This document shows, in pieces, positions 29,243 to 40,229 of a stretch of 64,000 nt of DNA. The notes under the pieces are model-generated. The model made no database searches, was not told the DNA's origin, and saw nothing but the letters and a program-made list of their open reading frames with translations. The stretch spans positions 1,843 to 65,842 of the forward strand of contig JBBQQT010000001.1 in assembly GCA_038215555.1 (NCBI GenBank), read 5' to 3'. Made by a program: the position numbers and the translations under genes. Source of the stretch: Burkholderiales bacterium. GTDB taxonomy: Bacteria > Pseudomonadota > Gammaproteobacteria > Burkholderiales > Thiobacillaceae. Position 1 is the first letter of the stretch. Each line of letters starts with the position of its first letter.

Positions 29243-30079
29243 ATGGATTTTCAGCAGTACCAGCGCGAATTTGCCGCCCATATTCGCGATCCGCGCCATG
29301 TCAGACGTCCGAAGGGCGTGCCGGCGCGGCGAATGAAGGTTTACAACGACCTGTTGCGCAACAATCTGGAAGGTTTTTTGCTGTCCTGTTTTCCGGTGTG
29401 CCGAAAGATCCTGGGTAAACGCCGATGGGACCGGTTGGTGTCAGCATTTTTCCGCGACCATGCCTGCCACACGCCCTTTTTTCGTCAGATACCGGATGAA
29501 TTCCTGAAGTATCTGCAAGCCGGCTATTTGCCAGCCGAATCGACCTCGCTGGCGGGGGTGCAAGGAAGCTTGCCCGAGTTCCTGCCCGAGTTGGCGCATT
29601 ACGAATGGATTGAGCTGGAACTCGACACTTCCGATCGCGATGCGAGAGGGACAAGCGATGTTTCAAATGATCTGTCAACTGATCTGTCAACTGATCTGTC
29701 AACTGATGTGATTGCCCACGATTCCACTACTGATCCTCTGGCGGGGCGGTTAATCCTCAACCCGGTTCTGCGCGTGCTGGCCTATCGCTGGCCGGTGCAT
29801 CGGCTGTCTCCACGTTTCAAGCCGAGTCAGCCGCCGGCGGAAGCGACCTTCATGCTGGCGTTTCGCGATGCAGAGTTTCACGTCCACTTCATTTTGCTCA
29901 ACGCGGCCAGCGCCCGTTTGCTGACCTTGTTGCAGGAAAATCCGGATCTGAGCGGTCATCAGGTGGTGAGCCGGTTGGCGCTCGAGTTGGGTATGCCATC
30001 TGACCCGTTGGTGAAATTCGCTCGGCCATTGGTACAAGACTTGCTTGTTCAAGGTGCGTTTGTTGGCGTATCGATTTGA
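29243..30079 (+). CDS. DUF2063 family RiPP maturation partner (BufC/HvfC-like)
   Basis: The N-terminus FQQYQREFAAHIRDP...MKVYNDLLRNNLEGFLLSCFPV...W..LVSAFFRDH is typical of DUF2063. The gene starts 1 nt after the DUF692 stop. Confidence 0.85.
   Translation: MDFQQYQREFAAHIRDPRHVRRPKGVPARRMKVYNDLLRNNLEGFLLSCFPVCRKILGKRRWDRLVSAFFRDHACHTPFFRQIPDEFLKYLQAGYLPAESTSLAGVQGSLPEFLPELAHYEWIELELDTSDRDARGTSDVSNDLSTDLSTDLSTDVIAHDSTTDPLAGRLILNPVLRVLAYRWPVHRLSPRFKPSQPPAEATFMLAFRDAEFHVHFILLNAASARLLTLLQENPDLSGHQVVSRLALELGMPSDPLVKFARPLVQDLLVQGAFVGVSI
29668..29707 (+). repeat. Coding 12-bp tandem repeat x ~3.3 (TGATCTGTCAAC; DLSTDLSTDLSTD) in the DUF2063 inter-domain linker
   Basis: Read directly. Confidence 0.9.
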
Positions 30080-30272
30080 AGTGGCAGTTCCTGGCTCGGC
30101 AAGAAATCCAGCGGTTGAACTGAGTCGGTGATGAAAGTAGTATCCCGCGCCCGGTTTTACATAAATGCGCCTAAATTTTCATGCCCGATCCGATATCGGG
30201 CGAGCCGCTCTGAGACACCCTCGGTTTGGAGCGCGCGCAGTGGTTAGACGAGGGATGGATGGGTGAGCAGTA

Positions 30273-33200
30273 ATGCGGTCAGCGGCAATGCCAGCAAGAC
30301 AGGGTTTATACGATCCGACGAACGAACATGATGCGTGCGGGGTTGGTTTCGTCGCCCATATCAAAGGGGAAAAGAGCCATGGCATCGTGCGCCAGGGTTT
30401 GCAGATTCTGAAGAATCTGACCCATCGTGGTGCAACCGGCTACGATCCGAAGCTCGGTGATGGTGCCGGTATTCTGATTCAGATCCCCGATGCTTTCCTG
30501 CGTCAAGAAGCCGCCAAGCTGGCAATCACGCTGCCGCCAGTCGGTGAATATGCATGTGGCACGGTGTTCTTGCCGCAATCCGGCAATGGCCGCGTCGCGT
30601 GTGAATCCGCCATTGCTCGCATCGTCCACGAAGAAGGGCAGCGTTTCCTTGGCTGGCGCGATGTGCCGCGCGACAACAGCGATATTGCCGCCGCCGCGAT
30701 CGCCATCGAGCCGGTCATGCGCCAGGTGTTCATTGGCCGCGGTGCCGGTCTTGCCGACCAGAATGTGTTCGAGCGCAAGCTGTTCGTGATTCGCAAGCGG
30801 GTCGAGCACGCCGTGCGCGGCCTCAAGCTGGATGACGGTTCGCAGTTCTACATTCCCTCGCTGTCTTCGCGCACGCTGGTCTACAAGGGCATGCTGCTGG
30901 CCGAGGAAGTCGGCACCTATTACCTCGATTTGCAGGATGAGCGCATGGTGTCGGCGCTGGCGCTGGTGCATCAGCGTTTTTCCACCAATACTTTCCCTGC
31001 CTGGGATCTGGCGCATCCGTTCCGGATGATTGCGCACAATGGCGAAATCAACACGCTGCGTGGCAACGTCAACTGGATGACCGCGCGCCATGGCGCGATG
31101 AAGTCGGCCATGTTGGGCGACGATCTGGCCAAGCTCTGGCCGCTGATTGCCGAAGGCCAATCGGATTCGGCGTCGTTTGATAACGCGCTGGAACTGCTGG
31201 TCGCCGGCGGTTACTCGTTGCCGCACGCGATGATGTTGCTGATTCCGGAAGCCTGGTCGAACAATCCGCTGATGGATGAAGATCGGCGCGCGTTCTATGA
31301 ATACAACGCCGCACTGATGGAACCCTGGGATGGGCCCGCTGCGGTCGCCTTCACCGATGGCCGCGTGATCGGCGCCACGCTGGATCGCAACGGGTTGCGT
31401 CCGGCGCGCTATCTGGTGACCGATGACGACTTCGTGATGATGGCGTCGGAAATGGGCGTGCTGACCTTCCCGGAAGAGAAGATCGTCAAGAAATGGCGTT
31501 TGCAGCCGGGCAAGATGCTGCTGATCGACATGGAGCAAGGCCGCATCCTCTCCGATGAGGAGGTCAAGCAGTCGCTGGCGAAAGCCAGGCCTTATCGCGA
31601 GTGGATCGAGGAATCGCGCTACTTCCTCGGCGATCTGCCGAAAGTCGATGTCAAGCTGGACCTGCCGGCTGGCGTGCTCGATGCGCAGCAGGCGTTTGGC
31701 TACACGCAAGAAGACCTCAAATTCATCATGTTGCCGATGGCGAGCAATGGTGAAGAGGCGACGGGTTCGATGGGTAACGATGCCGCTTTGCCGGTGTTGT
31801 CGGCCAAGGCGAAGCCGTTCTATCACTACTTCAAGCAGTTGTTCGCGCAGGTGACCAATCCGCCGATCGACCCGATCCGGGAAGAACTGGTGATGTCGCT
31901 GGTGACCTTCATCGGGCCGAAGCCGAACCTGCTCGGCTTGCATGACAACCTCGATACGAGTGATCTGCCATTGCGCCTGGAAGCCAGCCAACCGGTGTTG
32001 CTGCCGGAGGAACTGGCCAAGTTGAAAGTGATCGACAGCCTGACCCGCAATCGTTTCCGCGCATTGGTGGCTGATATCACCTATCCCGTGGCGCAGGGCG
32101 TCAAGGGCATGCGTGATGCGATCGCCGCCTTGTGCGAAGCCGCCGAGCAATCGGTACCTGACGGCTTCAATGTGCTGATCCTGTCCGATCGCGCGGTGAG
32201 TCCGGATCGTGTGGCGATCCCAGCCCTGCTGGCCTGCGCGGCGGTACATCATCATTTGGTGCGCGCCGGTTTGCGGACCAACACCGGTCTGGTGGTTGAT
32301 ACCGGTTCGGCGCGCGAAACACATCACTTCGCGTTGCTGGCTGGTTATGGCGCGGAAGCGGTGTGTCCGTGGCTGGCTTTCGAGACCATCGCCGGATTCG
32401 GTCTGCCGGACAGCAAGGAGGCGCAGAAGAAGTTCGTCAAGGCGGTCGGCAAGGGCTTGTACAAGGTGATGTCCAAGATGGGCATCTCGACCTACCAGTC
32501 TTATTGCGGCGCGCAGATTTTTGATGCGATTGGCCTCAACAGCGCTTTCATCGACGCCTACTTTCCGGGTACGTCGAGCAATGTCGAAGGCATCGGCTTG
32601 CTGGAAGTGGCGGAAGAAGCGCTGCGCCAGCATCAGGCTGCTTTCGGAATCGACCCGGTGCTGGCCAACGCGCTCGAAGCCGGCGGCGAATATGCCTTCC
32701 GCGTGCGGGGTGAAGATCACCTGTGGACGCCGGATTCCATCGCCAAATTGCAGAATGCGACACGCACCGGCAAATACGAGACCTACAAGGAATATGCCCG
32801 CCTGATCAACGATCAGAGCAAGCGGCATCTGACTTTGCGCGGCTTGTTCGAGATCAAATCGGCCGGCGCGCCGGTGCCGCTGGAAGAAGTCGAATCGGCG
32901 GCCAGCATCGTGACCCGGTTTGCCACCGGCGCGATGTCGCTCGGTTCGATTTCCACCGAGGCGCATACCGTACTGGCGCTGGCGATGAACCGCATCGGCG
33001 GCAAGTCGAATACCGGTGAGGGCGGCGAGGATGCGGTGCGCTTCCAGCCGGTGAAGAGCGATACCACCTTGTCCGAACTGATCGGCAAGAGCCGAGTTGT
33101 CGCCGACATTCCGCTGAAAGCCGGCGATTCGATGCGTTCCAAGATCAAGCAGGTGGCGTCCGGTCGTTTTGGCGTCACCGCCGAATACCTTGCCAAAGCC

Positions 33201-34907
33201 GATCAGATCCAAATCAAGATGGCGCAAGGCGCCAAGCCTGGCGAGGGCGGCCAGTTGCCCGGCGGCAAGGTGTCGGAATATATCGCCAAGCTGCGTTTCT
33301 CGGTGCCTGGTGTCGGCCTGATTTCGCCGCCGCCGCACCACGACATCTATTCCATCGAAGACTTGGCGCAGCTTATCCATGATCTGAAGAACGCCAATCC
33401 GAAAGCCTCGATCTCGGTCAAGCTGGTTTCCGAAACTGGCGTCGGCACGGTGGCGGCGGGCGTGGCCAAGGCCAAATCCGACCATATCGTCATCGCCGGT
33501 TATGACGGCGGCACCGGCGCTTCGCCTTTGTCCTCAATCAAGCACGCCGGCAGCCCGTGGGAGATCGGTCTCGCCGAAACTCAGCAGACGCTGGTGCTCA
33601 ACCAGTTGCGCGGTCGCGTCGCGGTGCAGGTGGATGGCCAGATGAAGACCGGCCGCGATGTGGTCATCGGCGCGCTGTTGGGCGCTGACGAGTTCGGTTT
33701 CGCCACCGCGCCGCTGGTGGTCGAAGGCTGCATCATGATGCGCAAATGCCATCTGAATACCTGCCCGGTCGGCGTCGCCACGCAAGACCCGGCGCTGCGC
33801 CGGAAATTCACCGGCCAGCCCGAGCATGTAGTGAATTACTTCTTCTTCGTCGCCGAAGAAGCGCGCGAACTGATGGCGCAGATGGGCATTCGCAAGTTCT
33901 CTGATCTGACCGGGCGTTCCGATCTGCTCGATATGCGGTCTGGCATTGACCACTGGAAAGCCAGCGGACTCGATTTCAGCAAGATTTTCTATCAGCCGAA
34001 GGTGGCCGAAAACGTCGCCCGCAACCATTGCGAAACGCAGGATCACGGCCTTGAGCGTGCACTCGACAACAGGTTGATCGAGCAAGCGCAAGCGGCCCTC
34101 GAGGGCGGCGAGAAGGTGGTCATCGAAACCCCGATCAGCAACGTCAACCGCACGGTCGGCGCCATGTTGTCGAACCAGGTCGCCAGCCGCTTTGGCCACG
34201 CCGGCCTGCCAAATGACAGCATCACGGTCAAGCTGACTGGCACCGCCGGCCAGAGTTTTGCCGCATTCCTGGCGCATGGCATCACCTTCGAACTGACCGG
34301 CGAAGGCAACGACTACGTCGGCAAGGGCCTGTGCGGCGGCCGCATCGTGATCAAACCGCCGGCCGCGTTCAACGCCACTCCGTCGGAAAACATTATCGTC
34401 GGCAATACCGTGATGTATGGTGCGACGACCGGCGAGAGCTATTTCTGCGGTGTCGCCGGCGAACGCTTCTGCGTGCGCAACTCGGGCGCCAGCGCGGTGG
34501 TCGAGGGCGTTGGCGACCATGGTTGCGAATACATGACCGGCGGCACCGTGGTGGTGCTGGGCTTGACCGGGCGCAACTTCGCCGCCGGCATGTCGGGCGG
34601 TGTGGCGTATGTGCTGGACGAAGACGGTTTGTTCGGCAAGCGCTGCAATCTGTCGATGGTGTCGCTGGAGAAGGTCGAGCCGGCTGAATCGGTGACCAAC
34701 AGCGATATCCACCATAACGGCCAGCCGGATGAAGTGACCTTGAAAGCGTTGATCGAAAAACACGCTGTCTATACCGGCAGCGTCGGCGCCAGGAAAATGC
34801 TGGACAACTGGAATGAATATCGTGGCAAGTTCGTCAAGGTGATGCCGAATGAATACAAGCGCGCGTTGATCGAAATGGCCGAACAGAAATTGCTGGAGGC
34901 CGCTTGA
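30273..34907 (+). CDS. gltB: Glutamate synthase (NADPH) large subunit
   Basis: N-terminal amidotransferase Cys ([14 protein letters not shown]), FMN and GXGXG domains, ~1540 aa. An alternative ATG lies at 30288. Confidence 0.95.
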   Translation: MRSAAMPARQGLYDPTNEHDACGVGFVAHIKGEKSHGIVRQGLQILKNLTHRGATGYDPKLGDGAGILIQIPDAFLRQEAAKLAITLPPVGEYACGTVFLPQSGNGRVACESAIARIVHEEGQRFLGWRDVPRDNSDIAAAAIAIEPVMRQVFIGRGAGLADQNVFERKLFVIRKRVEHAVRGLKLDDGSQFYIPSLSSRTLVYKGMLLAEEVGTYYLDLQDERMVSALALVHQRFSTNTFPAWDLAHPFRMIAHNGEINTLRGNVNWMTARHGAMKSAMLGDDLAKLWPLIAEGQSDSASFDNALELLVAGGYSLPHAMMLLIPEAWSNNPLMDEDRRAFYEYNAALMEPWDGPAAVAFTDGRVIGATLDRNGLRPARYLVTDDDFVMMASEMGVLTFPEEKIVKKWRLQPGKMLLIDMEQGRILSDEEVKQSLAKARPYREWIEESRYFLGDLPKVDVKLDLPAGVLDAQQAFGYTQEDLKFIMLPMASNGEEATGSMGNDAALPVLSAKAKPFYHYFKQLFAQVTNPPIDPIREELVMSLVTFIGPKPNLLGLHDNLDTSDLPLRLEASQPVLLPEELAKLKVIDSLTRNRFRALVADITYPVAQGVKGMRDAIAALCEAAEQSVPDGFNVLILSDRAVSPDRVAIPALLACAAVHHHLVRAGLRTNTGLVVDTGSARETHHFALLAGYGAEAVCPWLAFETIAGFGLPDSKEAQKKFVKAVGKGLYKVMSKMGISTYQSYCGAQIFDAIGLNSAFIDAYFPGTSSNVEGIGLLEVAEEALRQHQAAFGIDPVLANALEAGGEYAFRVRGEDHLWTPDSIAKLQNATRTGKYETYKEYARLINDQSKRHLTLRGLFEIKSAGAPVPLEEVESAASIVTRFATGAMSLGSISTEAHTVLALAMNRIGGKSNTGEGGEDAVRFQPVKSDTTLSELIGKSRVVADIPLKAGDSMRSKIKQVASGRFGVTAEYLAKADQIQIKMAQGAKPGEGGQLPGGKVSEYIAKLRFSVPGVGLISPPPHHDIYSIEDLAQLIHDLKNANPKASISVKLVSETGVGTVAAGVAKAKSDHIVIAGYDGGTGASPLSSIKHAGSPWEIGLAETQQTLVLNQLRGRVAVQVDGQMKTGRDVVIGALLGADEFGFATAPLVVEGCIMMRKCHLNTCPVGVATQDPALRRKFTGQPEHVVNYFFFVAEEARELMAQMGIRKFSDLTGRSDLLDMRSGIDHWKASGLDFSKIFYQPKVAENVARNHCETQDHGLERALDNRLIEQAQAALEGGEKVVIETPISNVNRTVGAMLSNQVASRFGHAGLPNDSITVKLTGTAGQSFAAFLAHGITFELTGEGNDYVGKGLCGGRIVIKPPAAFNATPSENIIVGNTVMYGATTGESYFCGVAGERFCVRNSGASAVVEGVGDHGCEYMTGGTVVVLGLTGRNFAAGMSGGVAYVLDEDGLFGKRCNLSMVSLEKVEPAESVTNSDIHHNGQPDEVTLKALIEKHAVYTGSVGARKMLDNWNEYRGKFVKVMPNEYKRALIEMAEQKLLEAA

Positions 34908-36334
34908 TGGGCAAGATCACTGGATTCCTCGAATACGAGCGTTTGTCGGAAGCCAACCTGCCGGTGGCCGAGCGGCTGACCAACTACAAAGAGTTCGTCC
35001 TCCACCTCTCCGACGACGAGGCCAAGGTACAAGGCGCGCGCTGCATGGATTGCGGTATTCCGTTCTGCATGAGCGGCTGCCCGGTCAACAACATCATTCC
35101 GGATTGGAATGATCTGGTATTCAAGCAGGACTGGCGCCATGCGATCGATGTGCTGCATTCCACCAACAATTTCCCCGAGTTCACTGGCCGCATCTGTCCA
35201 GCGCCATGCGAAGCCGCCTGCACGTTGAACATCAATAATGATGCCGTTGGCATCAAGTCGATCGAACACGCGATCATCGACAAGGCCTGGGAAATGGGCT
35301 GGGTGCAACCGCAGCCGCCCGCCCGCAAGACCGGCAAGAAGGTCGCCGTGGTCGGCTCCGGCCCGGCCGGCATGGCGGCCGCTCAGCAACTGGCGCGCGC
35401 CGGCCATGCCGTCGTGCTGCTGGAAAAGAACGACCGCATTGGCGGCCTGCTGCGTTACGGCATTCCGGATTTCAAGTTCGAAAAAAGCCATATCGACCGC
35501 CGCCTGGCGCAGATGGCGGCGGAAGGTGTCGAATTCCGGGTCAATCAGCATGTTGGTGAGCATGTTTCCGCCGACGCGCTGCTCGCCGAATTCGACGCCG
35601 TCGTGCTGTCCAGCGGCGCCGAACAGCCGCGCGACCTGCCGGTGCCCGGCCGGGAACTGGCCGGCGTGCATTTCGCGATGGAATTCCTCAGCCAGAACAA
35701 CAAGTTCGTCGCCGGTGACAGCCTGCCCGATCAGATTCGCGCGACCGGCAAGCACGTCGTCGTCATCGGCGGTGGCGATACCGGCTCCGACTGTGTCGGC
35801 ACCTCGAACCGGCATGGAGCGGCTTCGGTCAGCCAGTTCGAACTGATGCCGCAACCGCCGCAACAGGAAAATCGTCCGCTGACCTGGCCGAACTGGCCGC
35901 TCAAGATGCGCACTTCCAGTTCGCATGAAGAAGGTTGCGCGCGCGACTGGTCCGTCGCCACCAAGGCGTTTGTGGGTGAAAACGGCAAGGTCACCGGCCT
36001 GAAGGCCGTTCGTCTGGACTGGAAGGACGGCAAGATGTCCGAGATTCCCGGTTCCGAGTTCGAGATGAAGGCCGATCTGGTTCTGCTGGCGATGGGCTTC
36101 GTCAGCCCGGTGCAAAAGCTGCTGGATGTTTTCGGCGTGGAGAAGGATGCGCGTGGCAACGCCAGGGCGGATACCGAAGGCAAAAACAGCTACGCCACCA
36201 GCAAGGCCAAAGTCTTTGCCGCCGGCGACCTGCGGCGCGGCCAGTCGCTGGTGGTCTGGGCGATCCGTGAAGGTCGTCAGTGCGCGCAAGCGGTGGACGT
36301 TTTTCTGATGGGCAGCAGCACGCTGCCAAGATGA
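34907..36334 (+). CDS. gltD: Glutamate synthase small subunit
   Basis: [11 protein letters not shown]...GRICPAPCE Fe-S motifs and the [14 protein letters not shown] dinucleotide fold. The start overlaps the gltB stop (TGATG). Confidence 0.95.
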   Translation: MGKITGFLEYERLSEANLPVAERLTNYKEFVLHLSDDEAKVQGARCMDCGIPFCMSGCPVNNIIPDWNDLVFKQDWRHAIDVLHSTNNFPEFTGRICPAPCEAACTLNINNDAVGIKSIEHAIIDKAWEMGWVQPQPPARKTGKKVAVVGSGPAGMAAAQQLARAGHAVVLLEKNDRIGGLLRYGIPDFKFEKSHIDRRLAQMAAEGVEFRVNQHVGEHVSADALLAEFDAVVLSSGAEQPRDLPVPGRELAGVHFAMEFLSQNNKFVAGDSLPDQIRATGKHVVVIGGGDTGSDCVGTSNRHGAASVSQFELMPQPPQQENRPLTWPNWPLKMRTSSSHEEGCARDWSVATKAFVGENGKVTGLKAVRLDWKDGKMSEIPGSEFEMKADLVLLAMGFVSPVQKLLDVFGVEKDARGNARADTEGKNSYATSKAKVFAAGDLRRGQSLVVWAIREGRQCAQAVDVFLMGSSTLPR

Positions 36335-36349
36335 ACGGGTTATGCAGCG

Positions 36350-36380
36350 AAAAAAAGCCGGCTTCGAGCCGGCTTTTTTT
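36350..36380 (+). terminator. Rho-independent terminator after gltD
   Basis: AAAAAAA-GCCGGC-TTCGA-GCCGGC-TTTTTTT. Confidence 0.85.
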
Positions 36381-36492
36381 CGTCGGCAGTTTTCTTTGCC
36401 TTGAATTTCTAACTAATTGATCTATCTCAAAGTTTCACGCTCGCCGATTTGGTAAACATGACGTCCTTGTCCATGTCACCAGAGGGGGCGTC

Positions 36493-36852
36493 ATGCAACG
36501 TCGGGAATTTCTTGTACTGGCCAGTTTGCTGATCACGGGATGTGCGACAAAACCGGCTGCCAAGCCGGAAGTCGCCGGTATGCTTTTTTCGGAAGCAGAA
36601 CGTAAAACGATCACCAAGTTCTATTCGCAGGGCATCGATTGGCGGCGGTCCGGTCCGGTTCCGGCGCAGCGGATCAAGATCGGCGATCTGCTCGAATCCG
36701 GCCTGCGTCCGAACAAGTTGCCAACCGAACTGGACAAGCTGTTGACTTATTTGCCGGCGCCCTACACACGTCTGATCCTCGGTGCTGATGTGATCCTGGT
36801 CAATCGGGATACGCATGCCGTTCTCGACGTGATTCCGCAACTTGCTTATTAA
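36493..36852 (+). CDS. Putative lipoprotein (lipobox LITGC), CigR/RcnB-like C-terminus
   Basis: Signal peptide plus Cys, and a C-terminal ...YTRLILGADVILVNRDTHAVLDVI pattern. Confidence 0.55.
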   Translation: MQRREFLVLASLLITGCATKPAAKPEVAGMLFSEAERKTITKFYSQGIDWRRSGPVPAQRIKIGDLLESGLRPNKLPTELDKLLTYLPAPYTRLILGADVILVNRDTHAVLDVIPQLAY

Positions 36853-37007
36853 GCTGGCTGGGGTTTTTCGGCGGTCTTGATGGTGACCCCGTGTTGATCT
36901 GAAAAGGCCTGAATTCAGCGCGCCGGTGCGGCATTCAGGCGGGTTGTCGCATGCTAAACTCGCGGCCACTTAAATAACCCCGAGCCGGCTTTCCGCCGGA
37001 CCCGAGG

Positions 37008-38141
37008 ATGGCGGAAGACAGCGATCTCGAACGCACGGAACCAGCATCGGCGCGCAAGCTGGACCAGGCTCGCGAGCGTGGCAATGTGCCGCGTTCACGC
37101 GAACTTGCGACGCTTGCCGTTTTGCTGGCGAGTGCGGCGGTCATCGCGATGTTCGGGGTTTTCATGTTTCAGGGTTTGCATCGTCTCATGCGCAATGCCT
37201 TGATTTTTGACCGTGCCGATATCGTCAATGCCTCGATGATGGGGCGCAACTTGATGGAAGCCGGCTTGGATGGTGTGTGGCTTTATATGCCGATGGCAAT
37301 CACCGTCGTGGTCTCTGCGGTGGCGGCCAATCTGATGCTGTCGGGCTGGGTGTTCTCGGCGCAGGCGCTCGAATTCAACTTTTCCAAACTGAATCCAATA
37401 TCCGGCATCGGTCGGATGTTTTCCATGAATTCCCTCGCCGAATTGGTCAAGGCGCTGCTCAAGGGCGGGTTGATCGCCGGTGTCGCAGGCTGGATGATCT
37501 GGCACCAGCATGATGGCATTCTTGCGTTGGCGAACGAACCGCTGCCATCGGCGGTGGTGCATTTCGGACAGATCGCGTTGTTCACTTTCCTGGCTTCGGT
37601 GGCGGCGTTTACCTTCATTGTTCTGCTCGATGTGCCATTCCAGATTTGGAACTATCACCACGGTTTGCGGATGACCAAAGAAGAAGTCCGCCAGGAAGGC
37701 AAAGAGATCGAAGGCGATCCACAAATCAAGGCGCGGATCCGTTCGCTGCAACGCGAGGTGGCGCGGCGGCGGATGATGCAGGCGATTCCGCAGGCGGATG
37801 TGGTGGTGACCAATCCGATGCACTTTGCCGTGGCGCTCAAATATGAGGAAAAAGGCATGTCGGCTCCGGTTGTGTTGGCCAAGGGTTCGCAACTGGTGGC
37901 CGAGCGGATCAAGGAATTGGCGCGGGAGCATCGTGTGCCGATCGTCGAAGCGCCGCCACTGGCGCGCGCGTTGCATCGCCATGTCGAGGTCGGCGAGGTG
38001 ATTCCGGGTTCGCTGTTTACGGCCGTGGCCCAAGTGCTGGCTTATGTTTATCAACTCAACCAGTCGCTTTCTCCCACCTTGCCGGATGATTGGCAAGTGC
38101 CGCCCACGCTTGATCCTGGCGCCAGAATCGGGGTGGCGTAA
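37008..38141 (+). CDS. flhB: Flagellar type III secretion protein FlhB
   Basis: MAEDSDLERTEPASARKLDQARERGNVPRSRE and the NPTH-like autocleavage site (TNPMHFAVAL). Confidence 0.95.
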   Translation: MAEDSDLERTEPASARKLDQARERGNVPRSRELATLAVLLASAAVIAMFGVFMFQGLHRLMRNALIFDRADIVNASMMGRNLMEAGLDGVWLYMPMAITVVVSAVAANLMLSGWVFSAQALEFNFSKLNPISGIGRMFSMNSLAELVKALLKGGLIAGVAGWMIWHQHDGILALANEPLPSAVVHFGQIALFTFLASVAAFTFIVLLDVPFQIWNYHHGLRMTKEEVRQEGKEIEGDPQIKARIRSLQREVARRRMMQAIPQADVVVTNPMHFAVALKYEEKGMSAPVVLAKGSQLVAERIKELAREHRVPIVEAPPLARALHRHVEVGEVIPGSLFTAVAQVLAYVYQLNQSLSPTLPDDWQVPPTLDPGARIGVA

Positions 38142-40222
38142 TGGCTGAGGCGATTCAGCCGGTTCGCGGCTCTGTCTGGCAGAAGATGGCGGCGCCGATC
38201 CTGGTGATTCTGGTGCTGGCAATGATGATCTTGCCGCTGCCGCCGTTTCTGCTCGATCTGCTGTTCACCTTCAATATCGCGCTGTCGATGATCGTGTTGC
38301 TGATCAGTTTGTACACGCGCAAGCCGCTGGAATTTTCGATTTTCCCCACCGTCTTGCTGTTAACCACGTTGATGCGTTTGTCGCTCAACGTCGCCTCTAC
38401 CCGCGTTATTTTAATGGAAGGCCACACCGGTCCGGACGCGGCGGGCAAGGTGATCGAGGCCTTCGGCCAGTTCCTGGTCGGCGGTAATTACATGGTGGGT
38501 CTGATCGTCTTCATCATTTTGGTGTTGATCAATTTTATGGTGATCACCAAGGGTTCAGGACGGATTGCGGAAGTGTCGGCGCGTTTCACTCTGGATGCGA
38601 TGCCCGGCAAGCAGATGGCGATCGACGCCGATCTCAACGCGGGTTTGATTGGCGAGGACGAAGCGCGCCGGCGGCGTCAGGAAATCGCACAAGAAGCTGA
38701 TTTCTACGGTTCCATGGATGGTGCTTCGAAATTCGTCCGTGGCGATGCCGTGGCCGGCATCATCATCATGTTTATCAATGTGTTAGGCGGCCTGATCGTC
38801 GGCGTCGTGCAACATGATCTTAGCTTCGCAGTAGCTACCACCAACTACACCTTGCTGGCAATCGGCGATGGTCTGGTCGCGCAGATTCCTGCTCTGGTTG
38901 TCTCGACCGCAGCCGGCATCGTGGTGTCACGCGTTTCCAGCGACCAGGATTTGAGCGAGCAGCTGACCGGACAATTGTTCGGCCGGCCGCAGACGTTGTT
39001 CCTGACCGCCGGCATCCTGGCCTTGATGGGCATCATCCCAGGCATGCCACATCTGTCTTTTTTCCTGATTGGCGGCATTCTGGCCGGCATCGGTTACTTG
39101 CTGATTCAGCGTCGGCAAGCGGACGCGGTGGCGGCGGCGGTGGTCGAAGAAGCACCGGCGAAGCCGGAGGAACCGGTCGATGTCGGCTGGCATGATGTTG
39201 CCGTGGTCGATCGACTCGGTTTGGAAGTGGGGTATCGCCTGGTGCCGCTGGTCGACAAACATCAGGATGGCGAACTGCTGCGGCGGATTCGCGGTATCCG
39301 CAAGAAAATCGCCCAGGATCTCGGCTTCCTGGTGCCGGCGGTTCATATCCGCGACAACCTGCAATTGAAGCCGAATGCGTATCGGGTGACTTTGAAGGGA
39401 GTCAGCGTCGCCGAGGGTGAAGCCATCGCGGGCAAATTTCTCGCCATCAATCCGGGGCGCGTGCTGGGGGGCCTGAATGGACAGGCGGCGACCGATCCGG
39501 CTTATGGCCTGCCGGCAATCTGGATCGAAGCCACGCTGCGTGATCAGGCTCAAACCTATGGCTACACCGTGGTGGATGCTGGCACGGTGGTGGCGACGCA
39601 CCTGACCAAAATCATCAATGAACATGCGCCAGAATTGCTCGGCCGGGAAGAAACCCAGCAATTGCTCGATCACGTCGCCAAGCAATATCCGAAGCTGGTG
39701 GAGGACCTGACGCCGAAACAGCTGCCGGTGGCGACGGTGCAGAAGATTTTGCAGAATTTGCTGGAAGAACAGGTGCACATTCGTGACATGCGCACCATTC
39801 TGGAAACCCTGGCCGAGCATGCCACTCGAACACAGGACGCGGATGAACTGACCGCGACCGTCAGAACTGCCCTGGGACGCGCTATCATCCACGAAACCTT
39901 TGGAGGAGCGCAGGAATTGTTAGTGATGGCCCTTGAGCCGAACCTTGAGCACATCCTGACACAGGCGCTGGCCTCCCGCGGTGATACCGGCGTCGGCCTG
40001 GAACCTGGCCTGGCTGAACGGTTGGTGCGGGAAACGGTGCAGGCGGTCGAGAAGCAGGAAAGTGCCGGCCAGCCCGCCGTCCTGCTGACGCCCCCCGCGA
40101 TCCGCCCGATTCTGGCGCGCTTCCTGCGTCGCTCTGCGCCGGGTTTGAAGGTGTTGTCGCATGCGGAAGTGCCGGATGGCAAAAGCATCCGCATTGTCAC
40201 GCTGATCGGTAGCGGTTCATGA
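38141..40222 (+). CDS. flhA: Flagellar type III secretion protein FlhA
   Basis: 693 aa with FHIPEP family blocks (FPTVLLLTTLMRLSLNVASTR, GSGRIAEVSARFTLDAMPGKQM). Confidence 0.95.
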   Translation: MAEAIQPVRGSVWQKMAAPILVILVLAMMILPLPPFLLDLLFTFNIALSMIVLLISLYTRKPLEFSIFPTVLLLTTLMRLSLNVASTRVILMEGHTGPDAAGKVIEAFGQFLVGGNYMVGLIVFIILVLINFMVITKGSGRIAEVSARFTLDAMPGKQMAIDADLNAGLIGEDEARRRRQEIAQEADFYGSMDGASKFVRGDAVAGIIIMFINVLGGLIVGVVQHDLSFAVATTNYTLLAIGDGLVAQIPALVVSTAAGIVVSRVSSDQDLSEQLTGQLFGRPQTLFLTAGILALMGIIPGMPHLSFFLIGGILAGIGYLLIQRRQADAVAAAVVEEAPAKPEEPVDVGWHDVAVVDRLGLEVGYRLVPLVDKHQDGELLRRIRGIRKKIAQDLGFLVPAVHIRDNLQLKPNAYRVTLKGVSVAEGEAIAGKFLAINPGRVLGGLNGQAATDPAYGLPAIWIEATLRDQAQTYGYTVVDAGTVVATHLTKIINEHAPELLGREETQQLLDHVAKQYPKLVEDLTPKQLPVATVQKILQNLLEEQVHIRDMRTILETLAEHATRTQDADELTATVRTALGRAIIHETFGGAQELLVMALEPNLEHILTQALASRGDTGVGLEPGLAERLVRETVQAVEKQESAGQPAVLLTPPAIRPILARFLRRSAPGLKVLSHAEVPDGKSIRIVTLIGSGS

Positions 40223-40229
40223 ACCTCGC

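Noticed and set aside
30306-33485. A 1059-aa ORF antisense to gltB. Similar long antisense ORFs occur at 33534-34763, 34769-36289 and elsewhere.
   Set aside because: It lies fully inside a confidently identified gene on the other strand, and its Arg/Gly/His-rich low-complexity composition is typical of stop-codon-poor antisense frames in high-GC DNA. No recognisable motifs.
36853-37007. Sigma-28 or sigma-54 flagellar promoter upstream of flhB.
   Set aside because: Only weak partial matches were found (TAAA...AATAACC, and no correctly spaced GG/GC pair). That is not enough to annotate.
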